Source of the DNA: a virus
Length of the DNA stretch: 59,460 bases
Virus record (IMG/VR): IMGVR_UViG_3300045988_101425
Span: 1 to 59,460 of that record
Strand: one strand, 5' to 3'
Below the pieces are notes generated by a model. It saw nothing but the letters and a program-made list of their open reading frames with translations. It searched no databases and had not been told where the DNA came from. Every line of letters begins with the position of its first letter. Within the stretch, counting starts at the first letter, position 1. Below are positions 8,412-17,840 of the stretch, one piece after another. Made by a program: the position numbers and the translations under genes.

Positions 8412-8750
8412 ATGAATACATTGACTTACAAAGGCTATATCGGGTCTGTATCTTTTAGCGAGAAGGACAATGTTTTCTTTGGAAAGATAGAAGGCATTGA
8501 TGGTCTTGTTAATTTTGAGGGGGAAAGCGTGCGGGAACTTACAACGGCTTTCCACGAGGCTGTAGATGATTATCTGGCGTATTGCGAGGAAGAGGGGATT
8601 GAGCCGCATAAGAGCTATTCCGGTTCATTGAACGTTCGTTTATCACCGGAACTTCATAGTAGAGTGGCTGTTCTGGCAAAGCAAGCAGGCGTTTCTATTA
8701 ACGCTTTCATAAAAAAAGCCGTGGAAAAGCAAGTTGCTGTAATGTTGTGA
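8412..8750 (+). CDS. HicB-like antitoxin (HicB_lk + RHH), no adjacent HicA
   Basis: YKGYIGSVSFSEKDNVFFGKIEGI...SGSLNVRLSPELHSRVAVLAKQAGVSINAFI. Confidence 0.75.
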   Translation: MNTLTYKGYIGSVSFSEKDNVFFGKIEGIDGLVNFEGESVRELTTAFHEAVDDYLAYCEEEGIEPHKSYSGSLNVRLSPELHSRVAVLAKQAGVSINAFIKKAVEKQVAVML

Positions 8751-8784
8751 TTTGGATTGAAATGATAATGTAAATGTATTAAAA

Positions 8785-10014
8785 ATGAGCGTTTTATTTT
8801 TAATTTTGGCGACGCTGCTACCTTTCTTTCTTTTTACATCTTGTACTAACGAAGATGAAAAGGAAGTGATTGAGTTGAAAAGCATAGGATTGAACGTTAA
8901 AACTTTAAAACTAGAGGTTGGAGACACATATCAGTTCGAAGCCATAACGTCCCCGTCAAACTATCCGCAGGATGATTTTGTCTGGACTGTCGTAACTGAA
9001 GATAATAAAACAGGCGGTGGGCGTATTGACAGTACTGGATTATTTGTGGCCACTAAATCAGGAACGGTGATTGTAGAAGTAGTCAACCACGGGATAAAAG
9101 ATAACAGTTCCCGGCTCATATGGGCTAATGCAATGGTTACCATTATTGGCGAAGATGGTGATAAAGAAGACGATGATAAACCAGATGAAGAGGGGCAAAC
9201 ACAGGTATCTAACATATCTTTTGAGGAACAAAACATAAGTCTGAAAAAAGGCGAAACCACTTACATTGATTATACAATACAGCCAAGTTATGCGGATGTC
9301 TCCGGAGTTAAATGGTATGTTTCGGACAATTCTGTCGTGTCTATAACGTCCATTTCAAACGGACGAATAGGGATTAATGCACTGAAAGAAGGGAAGGCAG
9401 AAGTCTATACGACTGTGAATGGGAAACGGTATGCGTGCCAGATTACGGTGGAGACGATAGCGGTGGAAAGTATAATACTAAATCCTTCTAATATTACTAT
9501 AAATCAAGGTGAATCGTTTACATTGGATGTTTCTGTATATCCATATAACGCAGATAACTCAGAATTGAAATTTGAATTTTCCGATAAAAGTATTGCCTAT
9601 TTTGCTAACGAAGAGCAACGAATAATAAATACATCAAATCCGGGAGAATGCACGGTTACTGTGTCTACGAAGGACGGGACGGTGAAAGCGGAATGTATAA
9701 TAACCGTTTTGGAAATACCTCTTGAAGAAAAAATAACTGCGTCTACACGTTTGAATGGACTTTACAACAATGGTTTTATCACGGGGACTATGTATATTAA
9801 ATTTCATAATGGTTCAAACAAAAATGTTACGATTAATCGGTTCTATGTATATGATTCTTTTTCAAATCAGATTGTCTATGAAGAAAAAGATTGTGGCAAA
9901 TTAATGGGGGGAGATGACTGGAGTTCCGCCCTCATGTTCAAGATGGTTTATAAACCTTTGTATGTATGGGAATATGAATGCGAAGGCGAAAGTTATAGAT
10001 TAAACTATCAATAA
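8785..10014 (+). CDS. Surface lipoprotein with Big_2-like Ig repeats
   Basis: Signal peptide plus lipobox LFTSC. Acidic CTNEDEKE follows the Cys. Repeats LKLEVGDTYQFEAITSP, ISLKKGETTYIDYTIQP, ITINQGESFTLDVSVYP. Confidence 0.7.
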   Translation: MSVLFLILATLLPFFLFTSCTNEDEKEVIELKSIGLNVKTLKLEVGDTYQFEAITSPSNYPQDDFVWTVVTEDNKTGGGRIDSTGLFVATKSGTVIVEVVNHGIKDNSSRLIWANAMVTIIGEDGDKEDDDKPDEEGQTQVSNISFEEQNISLKKGETTYIDYTIQPSYADVSGVKWYVSDNSVVSITSISNGRIGINALKEGKAEVYTTVNGKRYACQITVETIAVESIILNPSNITINQGESFTLDVSVYPYNADNSELKFEFSDKSIAYFANEEQRIINTSNPGECTVTVSTKDGTVKAECIITVLEIPLEEKITASTRLNGLYNNGFITGTMYIKFHNGSNKNVTINRFYVYDSFSNQIVYEEKDCGKLMGGDDWSSALMFKMVYKPLYVWEYECEGESYRLNYQ

Positions 10015-10042
10015 ACATTTAAAATCAAGAAAATAAAAGAAA

Positions 10043-10079
10043 AAGTTCCGTACCATACCTGTGGCTCGGGGCTTTTTTT
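10043..10079 (+). terminator. Intrinsic terminator after the lipoprotein gene
   Basis: AGUUCCG / CGGGGCU stem (two G-U pairs) followed by TTTTTTT. Confidence 0.55.
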
Positions 10080-10162
10080 ATTTCCTCCTACAACAAAATT
10101 ACAACAATCCCGCCATTGTTTTTTTTAGGTCCGCTTGATTTTTTGCCATCCCCCTTATATGC

Positions 10163-13100
10163 GTGAACTTTGAGTTCATGATCGAGATTAAGGACATATC
10201 TGGTAGAGTCAAGTTGTCGGTATCGATAGAAACGGGTTCGGTACGTCGGTTTGAGTTGATGAAAGAGGACTATGTGAACCTCGTGTTCTCCTTGTCCGAT
10301 CCGGTACAACTGGAGATCGGAGACAATATCGATTATGAAGGTAGCGTTTTCTACGTAACTGGCAAGACATATCCGACATTCAACGTATCCACAGGCGGAT
10401 ACGACTATAGCGTGCGATTCGACTCGCATTATTACCGATGGAAGAATCATATCCTATTTTACGATAGGCAAGGTAACAAGGAAGCGTCATGGAGCCTTAC
10501 ACGTGCTCCGGAGGCCCACCTAAGCATTGTCGTATCCAATTTGCGATCTCTGGGATTCAGGTATAACGGCAAGGAGTACCAAGCCGTTGTCGATAGCTCC
10601 GTTGACGCTGTCGCCAAGCTCGTGCAATACGACAGCACGAATATCGTGGATGCCCTTACCAAGATTGCCGAGGCGTGGGAGTGCGAGTGGTGGGTAGAGG
10701 GTGACAAGATATATATAGGTAGGATAGAGCGTGGCGATCCCGTAGATCTGGAGATAGGTAGGCAGGTAGTGTCCATGCCAAGGAGCCAAAGCCAAGACCT
10801 GTTCGCCACACGCCTGTACGCTTTCGGCTCAACGAGAAATATCCCCTCCGGCTATCGCAAGGGGGAATCCGGTACGGTGGTGCAAGGGGTGGTGCAAAAA
10901 CGCCTCATGCTTCCTAAAGGAACCCCCTACGTGGACGTGGTACAGGGATTGACCGAGGATCAAATAGTGGAGGCGGTCGTTATATTCGAAGATATATACC
11001 CTCGTAAGATAGGTACGATAACCGAGGTGATACCGAAGGAGGTCACGGAGGAGGGCGAGGACGGGACATCGGAGACATTCACCGTCTACCGGTTCAAGGA
11101 CTCGGGATTGTCCTTCTCCGAAGAATACGTGCTTCCCGGCAAAGAGCTTCGTGTCGTATTCCAGACGGGGCCGTTGTCAGGCATGGATTTCGCCTTGCGA
11201 TTCAATCCGGAAGGACTGCCGGAGGATGATCCGGAGGCTCAGGTGTTCGAGATAGTCCGTAATGACTCCTATGGCCAGACATTGCCGGAAAGCCCTCTTA
11301 TACCGGGGACGGGGAACAAATATATCCTATACAATTTTGACACGCAATACGTAAGTGACACCCTTATCCCGCAGGCGGAAGAGGAATTGCTGAGAAGGAC
11401 GATAGAGTATAAGGCCAAGGTCGTGTCGGACCCTTCCACTTACACATGCGTCCTTAACTCATACTACGCTTCCGGCTACGATGAGAATAATGGTATATTG
11501 AACCCGGAAAAGGCGATTGATCTATCCGTAGGACAGCGTGTCAGGCTTATCAATAAGGCCTATTTTGAGAATGGGCGGGAATCTAGGGTATTGGGTTTCG
11601 AGAAAAAACTTGATATCCCATATGATTCGCCTTCCTATACGGTAGGAGAGAGCGCTGCTTACTCCCGGTTGGGAGAATTGGAGCGTAAGTTGGAGAATAT
11701 CCAATATAAGGATAACACGTACGTCAACCAAGGTAGCGGTTTTTTCGGGGTGTATATCATAAAGAAAGAGGATACTACCGCCGCCTCGGACGAGAACGTT
11801 TTCTCCGCTCTGCGGACATTATATGAGATAAACAAGGTAAAACAGGATAACGACAAACGTTACCTTCGTAAGGACATACCCGATATCGCCCATGAGGATA
11901 TTTTATTCGACAAGAAGATAGGCTCCTCCATCTTCCTTGACGGCATGGATGGCAAGGGCTGGGAGATCAAGGCCGATGGTCGTGCCATATTTGATGAGTC
12001 ATGGTTCCGTGGGAATGTTTTATTCAAGAAACGAGTGGGGTCCCATACGTTTATATCCGGTTTCCCTAATGGCTTCGGTTGGGATATTGCTCCATATAAA
12101 CGGGTTAACTCGGCTGGTGTAGAGGAACAGAAATTCCGTTTAGAGATAGACGATATAAATGTGAGAGGCAGTCTCCGGGTCTATGAGTTCATCGTCTCTC
12201 AGCTTCGTGGCGAAAACGACAACGTGATATTCTCAGGGATGATGAAGGTGGAGTATTACGACCATGCGACCGGAAGGATTTACTTGGACACGGGGAACGG
12301 CGTGCTCTACAATCCGTTCCGTTCGGGGGATATATTGATGGTCCAACATTTTGGGGGAATGCCGACAGGGGAGAATGATTACAATATCATCAAGCAATAC
12401 GAACTTCGGGTTGATCAAGTCGGCATCGGTAATTTATCGGACGGTGAAGATCGCTTGGACTGGATTACGTTTGTCAACTTTGCCGGTGATAAAGCCGACA
12501 TTGCGCAAGGAGATGTATTGACCCGTGTAGATAGCGTGGCTGATTCTACCAGAAAGGGTATTGTCAAGATTACTACGATCGACGAGATCGGCGCTCCATA
12601 TATGGATGTCGTGTATGGGATGAAGACAGACCCCGATAACGCGACCAAGGCACGTATCGGAAATCTTTCCGGGATAAGAACCAAAAACGGTATAGATTTG
12701 ACCGGTGTTTGGGGGATTTACGGTAACGGGGCTTACTTTGAAAATTCGACCTACATCCTTGATACAGGTAATACGATCGAGCAGGAATTTTCCATAATGA
12801 ACGGGAAATTCGAGAGTTCAATCGAAGGCATCAGGAACGATATATCATTAGAGCCGGGCAATATATTGAAAAATAGCTCATTCTCCCAAAATACGGACTA
12901 TTGGGTGACAGAGAACTCAATAAGTTTTTGGGGACATGACGGATCGTTTATTTACGCCAATGATTCTTTCCTGTCAGAGAAGAGGGGAGTTTCAGATATT
13001 TATCAAGACGGCAACAGAAATGTCTTACGTATCAGTGACTCGTATATCCTCCAGCGGAATGACGTTATAAACATACCGTCACATGAGACCGAGGCGACCG

Positions 13101-14314
13101 AGTATGACTATTCCTTCTCATTACATTACCGGGTTGTTAAGGCGGGGATATTGACCGCAGGTTTCGAGGGATCAAGCCTTTATGTCTCCATGTCCTTGGA
13201 ACCATCATCCTCGTATCGTAAGCTTTCGAAAGCGGGGAAATGGGACGAACGTGGCGATTTCCGTATATCTTTCGATGGGGAAATACTGATTTATGGTGTT
13301 TCCTTGTTTATCGATAACTTGGCGGATGCCATTATCAGGTTGGAGACAAGGATAGAGCAAACAGAAGAGTCTATCAAGCTGGCGGCAACGAAGGATTATG
13401 TGGATGAGGAAACAGGTAAGGTGTATACCAAGTATGATTCTCAATTGAATATTACCGCTGGGCAAATATCGGCCATATCAACGAGGGTGGATAATATAAG
13501 GAATGAGATAGACACGGCGGGATGGATCAACACTACGCAGGGAAATACGTTGTTCGCCGCCAAGAGCTTGGAAAACGGCGATAATATCATATCGTATATC
13601 AACCAGACGGCAACGACAACCACCATTAAATCGAATAGGATCAATCTTGTGGGAGCCGTTACCTATTCAGATTTAGACTCCTCTTTACAGGATAAGGTGG
13701 ATGCGGCTGGCGGGGATGCTTTGGATAAAGCCTTGGAAGCCTATGAGAAAGCTTCTGATGCCTATAGCATAGCGAATAGCGCAGACTCAACTGCTTCATC
13801 GGCTTATAGCAGGGCGACTAAAGCCATTACAGACGCCACAAATGCTTTAAATGCGGCGAAGGAAGCCAATACATCGGTCGAGTTACTTCCCGGTTGGGTC
13901 AAAGAGAATGACATTATTAAAGCATTGGAAGATAAGACAATCATCGTTAATGGGTATATCGCTACTTCTATGATTGATGTGAATAATTTGTATGCTAAGA
14001 AGTTGGCGGCAACAGAGGGGACTATTGGAGCCTTTAAGATAATGTCCTATAAAAGCCTTGAGACAGATGATGCCGACGCTTTTATTCGCATGTACGATGC
14101 TGGACAAGTTTTTACCTTTATATATGCCGGGCATGTAGAATCTCATTCCGGAAAAGGGGCGGCTTTGATTGGAATAGCGGATAATAGTGATTCCATGGCA
14201 TTGTATACAGAAGGAGGTATAACGTTTAAGGGTTTAAGTACGACGGCAGAAAGTTCCTACTGGAAGCCTTTATTAATACATACAAATACTGGAGAGATAA
14301 GAAGAAGTTCCTAA
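10163..14314 (+). CDS. Tail tip / host-interaction protein (Tal-like)
   Basis: 1383 aa, first large gene after the tape measure and Dit. Coiled-coil and Ala/Ser-rich segment near the C-terminus. Track start is GTG; the first ATG is at 10178. Confidence 0.65.
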   Translation: MNFEFMIEIKDISGRVKLSVSIETGSVRRFELMKEDYVNLVFSLSDPVQLEIGDNIDYEGSVFYVTGKTYPTFNVSTGGYDYSVRFDSHYYRWKNHILFYDRQGNKEASWSLTRAPEAHLSIVVSNLRSLGFRYNGKEYQAVVDSSVDAVAKLVQYDSTNIVDALTKIAEAWECEWWVEGDKIYIGRIERGDPVDLEIGRQVVSMPRSQSQDLFATRLYAFGSTRNIPSGYRKGESGTVVQGVVQKRLMLPKGTPYVDVVQGLTEDQIVEAVVIFEDIYPRKIGTITEVIPKEVTEEGEDGTSETFTVYRFKDSGLSFSEEYVLPGKELRVVFQTGPLSGMDFALRFNPEGLPEDDPEAQVFEIVRNDSYGQTLPESPLIPGTGNKYILYNFDTQYVSDTLIPQAEEELLRRTIEYKAKVVSDPSTYTCVLNSYYASGYDENNGILNPEKAIDLSVGQRVRLINKAYFENGRESRVLGFEKKLDIPYDSPSYTVGESAAYSRLGELERKLENIQYKDNTYVNQGSGFFGVYIIKKEDTTAASDENVFSALRTLYEINKVKQDNDKRYLRKDIPDIAHEDILFDKKIGSSIFLDGMDGKGWEIKADGRAIFDESWFRGNVLFKKRVGSHTFISGFPNGFGWDIAPYKRVNSAGVEEQKFRLEIDDINVRGSLRVYEFIVSQLRGENDNVIFSGMMKVEYYDHATGRIYLDTGNGVLYNPFRSGDILMVQHFGGMPTGENDYNIIKQYELRVDQVGIGNLSDGEDRLDWITFVNFAGDKADIAQGDVLTRVDSVADSTRKGIVKITTIDEIGAPYMDVVYGMKTDPDNATKARIGNLSGIRTKNGIDLTGVWGIYGNGAYFENSTYILDTGNTIEQEFSIMNGKFESSIEGIRNDISLEPGNILKNSSFSQNTDYWVTENSISFWGHDGSFIYANDSFLSEKRGVSDIYQDGNRNVLRISDSYILQRNDVINIPSHETEATEYDYSFSLHYRVVKAGILTAGFEGSSLYVSMSLEPSSSYRKLSKAGKWDERGDFRISFDGEILIYGVSLFIDNLADAIIRLETRIEQTEESIKLAATKDYVDEETGKVYTKYDSQLNITAGQISAISTRVDNIRNEIDTAGWINTTQGNTLFAAKSLENGDNIISYINQTATTTTIKSNRINLVGAVTYSDLDSSLQDKVDAAGGDALDKALEAYEKASDAYSIANSADSTASSAYSRATKAITDATNALNAAKEANTSVELLPGWVKENDIIKALEDKTIIVNGYIATSMIDVNNLYAKKLAATEGTIGAFKIMSYKSLETDDADAFIRMYDAGQVFTFIYAGHVESHSGKGAALIGIADNSDSMALYTEGGITFKGLSTTAESSYWKPLLIHTNTGEIRRSS

Positions 14315-14330
14315 TATAAAAATAATAATT

Positions 14331-14666
14331 ATGAAAGTGAATTTTCACATAGCATTTAAGAATTCTCAAGGCGAAGAAGCCTTTGAGTGGGTACCTGCCG
14401 GAGAGAAAAAGGAGAAACGTTATCAAATGATAGACGAGGTCCTTTGCCAAGGATTATTTGATGGCAAATATATCCACATGACAGGGCGTGATGAAGATGA
14501 TTCGCGTAGCAAGTTACAAGCATTTGAACTGTATCTGAAGCTAAGGCAAGCTAACGGAGAATTGGATATAACAATCGAGGAGGCTACATTGATCAAAAAA
14601 GTGGCATTACTCTTACCTCCTGGAGCGTATGGGCAAATTTATAACATTATAGAAAGGGGAAATTAA
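14331..14666 (+). CDS. Hypothetical tail-module protein
   Basis: 111-aa ORF tightly packed between tail genes. Confidence 0.55.
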   Translation: MKVNFHIAFKNSQGEEAFEWVPAGEKKEKRYQMIDEVLCQGLFDGKYIHMTGRDEDDSRSKLQAFELYLKLRQANGELDITIEEATLIKKVALLLPPGAYGQIYNIIERGN

Positions 14667-14667
14667 C

Positions 14668-14946
14668 ATGGCACTATCAACATTATCATCTGTATTGAGA
14701 AGCAAATACAAAAACACGGTAGGAGATTATGATATCTCCTATGAGACAACACGGAATGCGGGCGAAAAGGTAACAGAGGTATTGGCCTCGGTCAAAAAAG
14801 GAGAGCTTAGGTTCGGTTATGTAAACATTGTGGACAAAGGCAGGAAATCGATAGTCTTGGAAGATGGAGTCTCGGACGAAGACTGCAAGGCTATATTGTC
14901 AACCGTGATAGACGATGCGGCAAATATTTTCCTTAAACAAGAATAA
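14668..14946 (+). CDS. Hypothetical tail-module protein
   Basis: 92-aa ORF that starts 2 nt after the previous stop. Confidence 0.55.
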   Translation: MALSTLSSVLRSKYKNTVGDYDISYETTRNAGEKVTEVLASVKKGELRFGYVNIVDKGRKSIVLEDGVSDEDCKAILSTVIDDAANIFLKQE

Positions 14947-14957
14947 CATACGATAAT

Positions 14958-16790
14958 ATGGCTGTAGGGGATCTTACATTGTCTTCCGGCTTTACTCTAA
15001 CGCCCGAGGATTTACGTGCGATCGCCGCTGAGAGTAAAAAGATCTTAGCGGAGGAGTCCAAGGATTTAAGTCAGTTCAAGGAGATTGACTCTATATCCTC
15101 CGTGTCATCTTTGCCCGGTATTTCCGCTAAGGAGGAATTAGTGAGAGTCCCCATGGCTATACTTAAGGGACTTGACGGTAGGGAGATAGAACTAGCCTCT
15201 TCGTCTACGGATATCCAATGGAGGTATGTTGGAAATCCCGGATGGAATGTGTTGGTGGAATTATCCTTGCTAACCGGTCCGAAGGGAACTCCGGGAGATC
15301 CTCCGGCCGTCTCTATCGGTACGGTCTCCACCCTTCCTTTTAATAGCTCGGCAACGGCTGGCTTTGTCTTGAGAGGGGAGACCCCAGAAGGTATACCTAT
15401 TTATGCTTTGGATTTAGGTATCCCACAAGGCAAGCCCGGCCAAGACGGAAATGGGGCGGGGAACGTGTTTGTCCCTACGGATAATATCATAGCCGATAGA
15501 TATTATATTTTTAAATCCTCCGTTGATAAAAGCGCAAACGGGGATTTTATCGAATTGGACAGCCTTGCCTTTGGTGTAGGTCAAAACTACTCGGGTTACA
15601 AGAACGCCGAGATATTCAATGACTATGAGAATAACAAGGCGGCAGGAAATTACGCCCACGCAGAGGGTATGAATACCAACGCTACCGGTCCTAGGGCGCA
15701 TGCGGAGGGTTACGAAACGAATGTGTTCGCTAGCGAGGGTCACGCCGAGGGCAGGGGAACATGGTGCTTAGGAGCGCAATCGCATGTAGAGGGATTATAT
15801 TCTTATTGTTTAGGAGATGGTTCGCATGTAGAAGGAGGATCAATAGGCACCCAGCCTTATTTTATTGAAAATACCGTAGGAGGCATAGCGGATCGGCCTA
15901 TTTTTGATACGAGTGGAGAGTCTTTAAGGACTTTCATAGAAGATTACGGAGTCTATAACTCTGAAAATATTGAGCACTCATTATTTTTTGACGCTGTATC
16001 TATACGAGAGAAGTTCGCTCTGAACATTTCAATTGGCACCCGAAGCCACCTCGAGGGATGTAACAATTTTATTTGTGATAACACAAGCCACGTAGAAGGA
16101 TATAATAATATATGCGGTGATTTATATTATTCACATAGTGCCCCAATAGTACATAAGGCAAATCATGTGGAAGGATACAATAATGTTCTGTTTTCGGGGA
16201 GAGAATATACAGACCAAAACTTCTGTGTTCATGTGGAAGGATATAGTAATGAGGTTTATCCGGGATGCTCTTTTTCACATGTAGGAGGAGAGTATTGCAC
16301 TATAGGTAATATAGCCCCTGCAAGGTTGGCGTTTTGTCATGGGAAGTGGCTGCTTGTAAATTCGGATTATGGCGTTTCTTTTGGTCGTTTTAATAAGCCA
16401 ACACTAAATAATAAAAATGTGCTGTTTTCCTATGGGATAGGACGTGATGATAACTCGCGAGAAAACGCTTTGTCTATATTGGAAGATGGAACTGTATTAA
16501 TCCCTAGCTTGGAAGATAGGATAAATGATGCTACAGATTCGAAAGTTATAGGTTTAAACAATAAATTTAATAATAATAACGAAGAGCTTAAGGCTATTAT
16601 AGATGAGCAATCTAATCAGATAAAGGATTTGTTAGCCTTGTTACAGTCCGGAGTTGGGATAACAAAGGCTTTTGTTTCAGGTAGTGTTTTGGTTTTTACT
16701 AAAAATATACAAGCGGAAGTGTCGGGTGAAACCTTTTTTATTTCCGATTCGCAAACAACGGTTGCTGATGGAGTATTAACAATCAAATAA
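14958..16790 (+). CDS. Tail fibre protein with collagen-like tracts and repeated HxEG motifs
   Basis: GPKGTPGDPP and GKPGQDGNG tracts. About nine H(A/V/L)EG repeats (AHAEGMN, AHAEGYE, SHVEGLY ...) resembling beta-roll adhesin heads. Confidence 0.65.
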   Translation: MAVGDLTLSSGFTLTPEDLRAIAAESKKILAEESKDLSQFKEIDSISSVSSLPGISAKEELVRVPMAILKGLDGREIELASSSTDIQWRYVGNPGWNVLVELSLLTGPKGTPGDPPAVSIGTVSTLPFNSSATAGFVLRGETPEGIPIYALDLGIPQGKPGQDGNGAGNVFVPTDNIIADRYYIFKSSVDKSANGDFIELDSLAFGVGQNYSGYKNAEIFNDYENNKAAGNYAHAEGMNTNATGPRAHAEGYETNVFASEGHAEGRGTWCLGAQSHVEGLYSYCLGDGSHVEGGSIGTQPYFIENTVGGIADRPIFDTSGESLRTFIEDYGVYNSENIEHSLFFDAVSIREKFALNISIGTRSHLEGCNNFICDNTSHVEGYNNICGDLYYSHSAPIVHKANHVEGYNNVLFSGREYTDQNFCVHVEGYSNEVYPGCSFSHVGGEYCTIGNIAPARLAFCHGKWLLVNSDYGVSFGRFNKPTLNNKNVLFSYGIGRDDNSRENALSILEDGTVLIPSLEDRINDATDSKVIGLNNKFNNNNEELKAIIDEQSNQIKDLLALLQSGVGITKAFVSGSVLVFTKNIQAEVSGETFFISDSQTTVADGVLTIK

Positions 16791-16798
16791 ATAAAAAT

Positions 16799-17839
16799 AT
16801 GGGAACAATCAGAAAAATAAATGTAAATGGGCAAGAATATGATTTGGCTGGTTCTGGCGGCTCAACAATGATTTCTGTAACCTATCAGGAGATAGTATCT
16901 TTGATTCAGGCAAGCTCTCTTGTCGCAGGGAACAAGTACAGGATCACAGATTATGTAACTAAAGTAAATGATAAATACAAGGCTGTTTCAGCGGAGAAAC
17001 CTTTTGACATTATCGTCACGGCTAAATCTTCCAATAAACTAGAACGTAAAGCATCTGCCATAATGCGTGAAGGTGATGATTACTTCGCCGGATCAGACCT
17101 AGGATCTTGGGAAATATGGTATGATATCAATAATGATACTAAATCGTATCCAATCGCTCATGAGAGTGGGAAAGGATATATTTATAGGCTTATAGACGAA
17201 TATGGAAATGAGGCTGATTTTGATTTTAAGAACATAAAATGGAAAATAGACTCAAATATTTTTAAAAAGGTGACAAATGGTCCTGTACCGTTTTTTACTT
17301 TTACTTTTTTAAATTCATATAATGACATTAGCGAGGATTCGGTTATGGACGCTTCCTTGGATGGCAAGGCAATGAATAATGAAATATATATTCTTGATAG
17401 TATAACCAATACTGCTGTGTATGTCCTTAGTGTGGCAAAACCATCGATAGGTTCTGCCAGGATAAAGAAAAATAGCTCAAATAAGTCTTTTTTCATAGCT
17501 GTTAAAGGAACCGTTAACTCAAAAATAGATACTAATGATATGAGATATGGACTTAATATAGATGATGTCGCTATGGAAGTTAGCGGTAATACGGTAAATA
17601 ATTATGTAGATATATTATTGAATGGCGCAAATTTAATGGTGACTAATAACCTATTTAACATCGAAGGAAAGGCTAGACTCCAAATTTCAGGTTCTCTTAA
17701 AGGATGTACGGTATTAGGATCTTTTAAAGCTGGATCAGACTATATCTTTCAAATCTCCGAGAGTTGCCAAGGAAAGATTATTGTGTCCAATGGAGATGGA
17801 GAATCTTTTAAAATAATAGACCCCTTCACCCTTCAATAA
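16799..17839 (+). CDS. Putative tail fibre / baseplate protein
   Basis: 346 aa, called from position between two fibre genes. Confidence 0.5.
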   Translation: MGTIRKINVNGQEYDLAGSGGSTMISVTYQEIVSLIQASSLVAGNKYRITDYVTKVNDKYKAVSAEKPFDIIVTAKSSNKLERKASAIMREGDDYFAGSDLGSWEIWYDINNDTKSYPIAHESGKGYIYRLIDEYGNEADFDFKNIKWKIDSNIFKKVTNGPVPFFTFTFLNSYNDISEDSVMDASLDGKAMNNEIYILDSITNTAVYVLSVAKPSIGSARIKKNSSNKSFFIAVKGTVNSKIDTNDMRYGLNIDDVAMEVSGNTVNNYVDILLNGANLMVTNNLFNIEGKARLQISGSLKGCTVLGSFKAGSDYIFQISESCQGKIIVSNGDGESFKIIDPFTLQ

Positions 17840-17840
17840 T

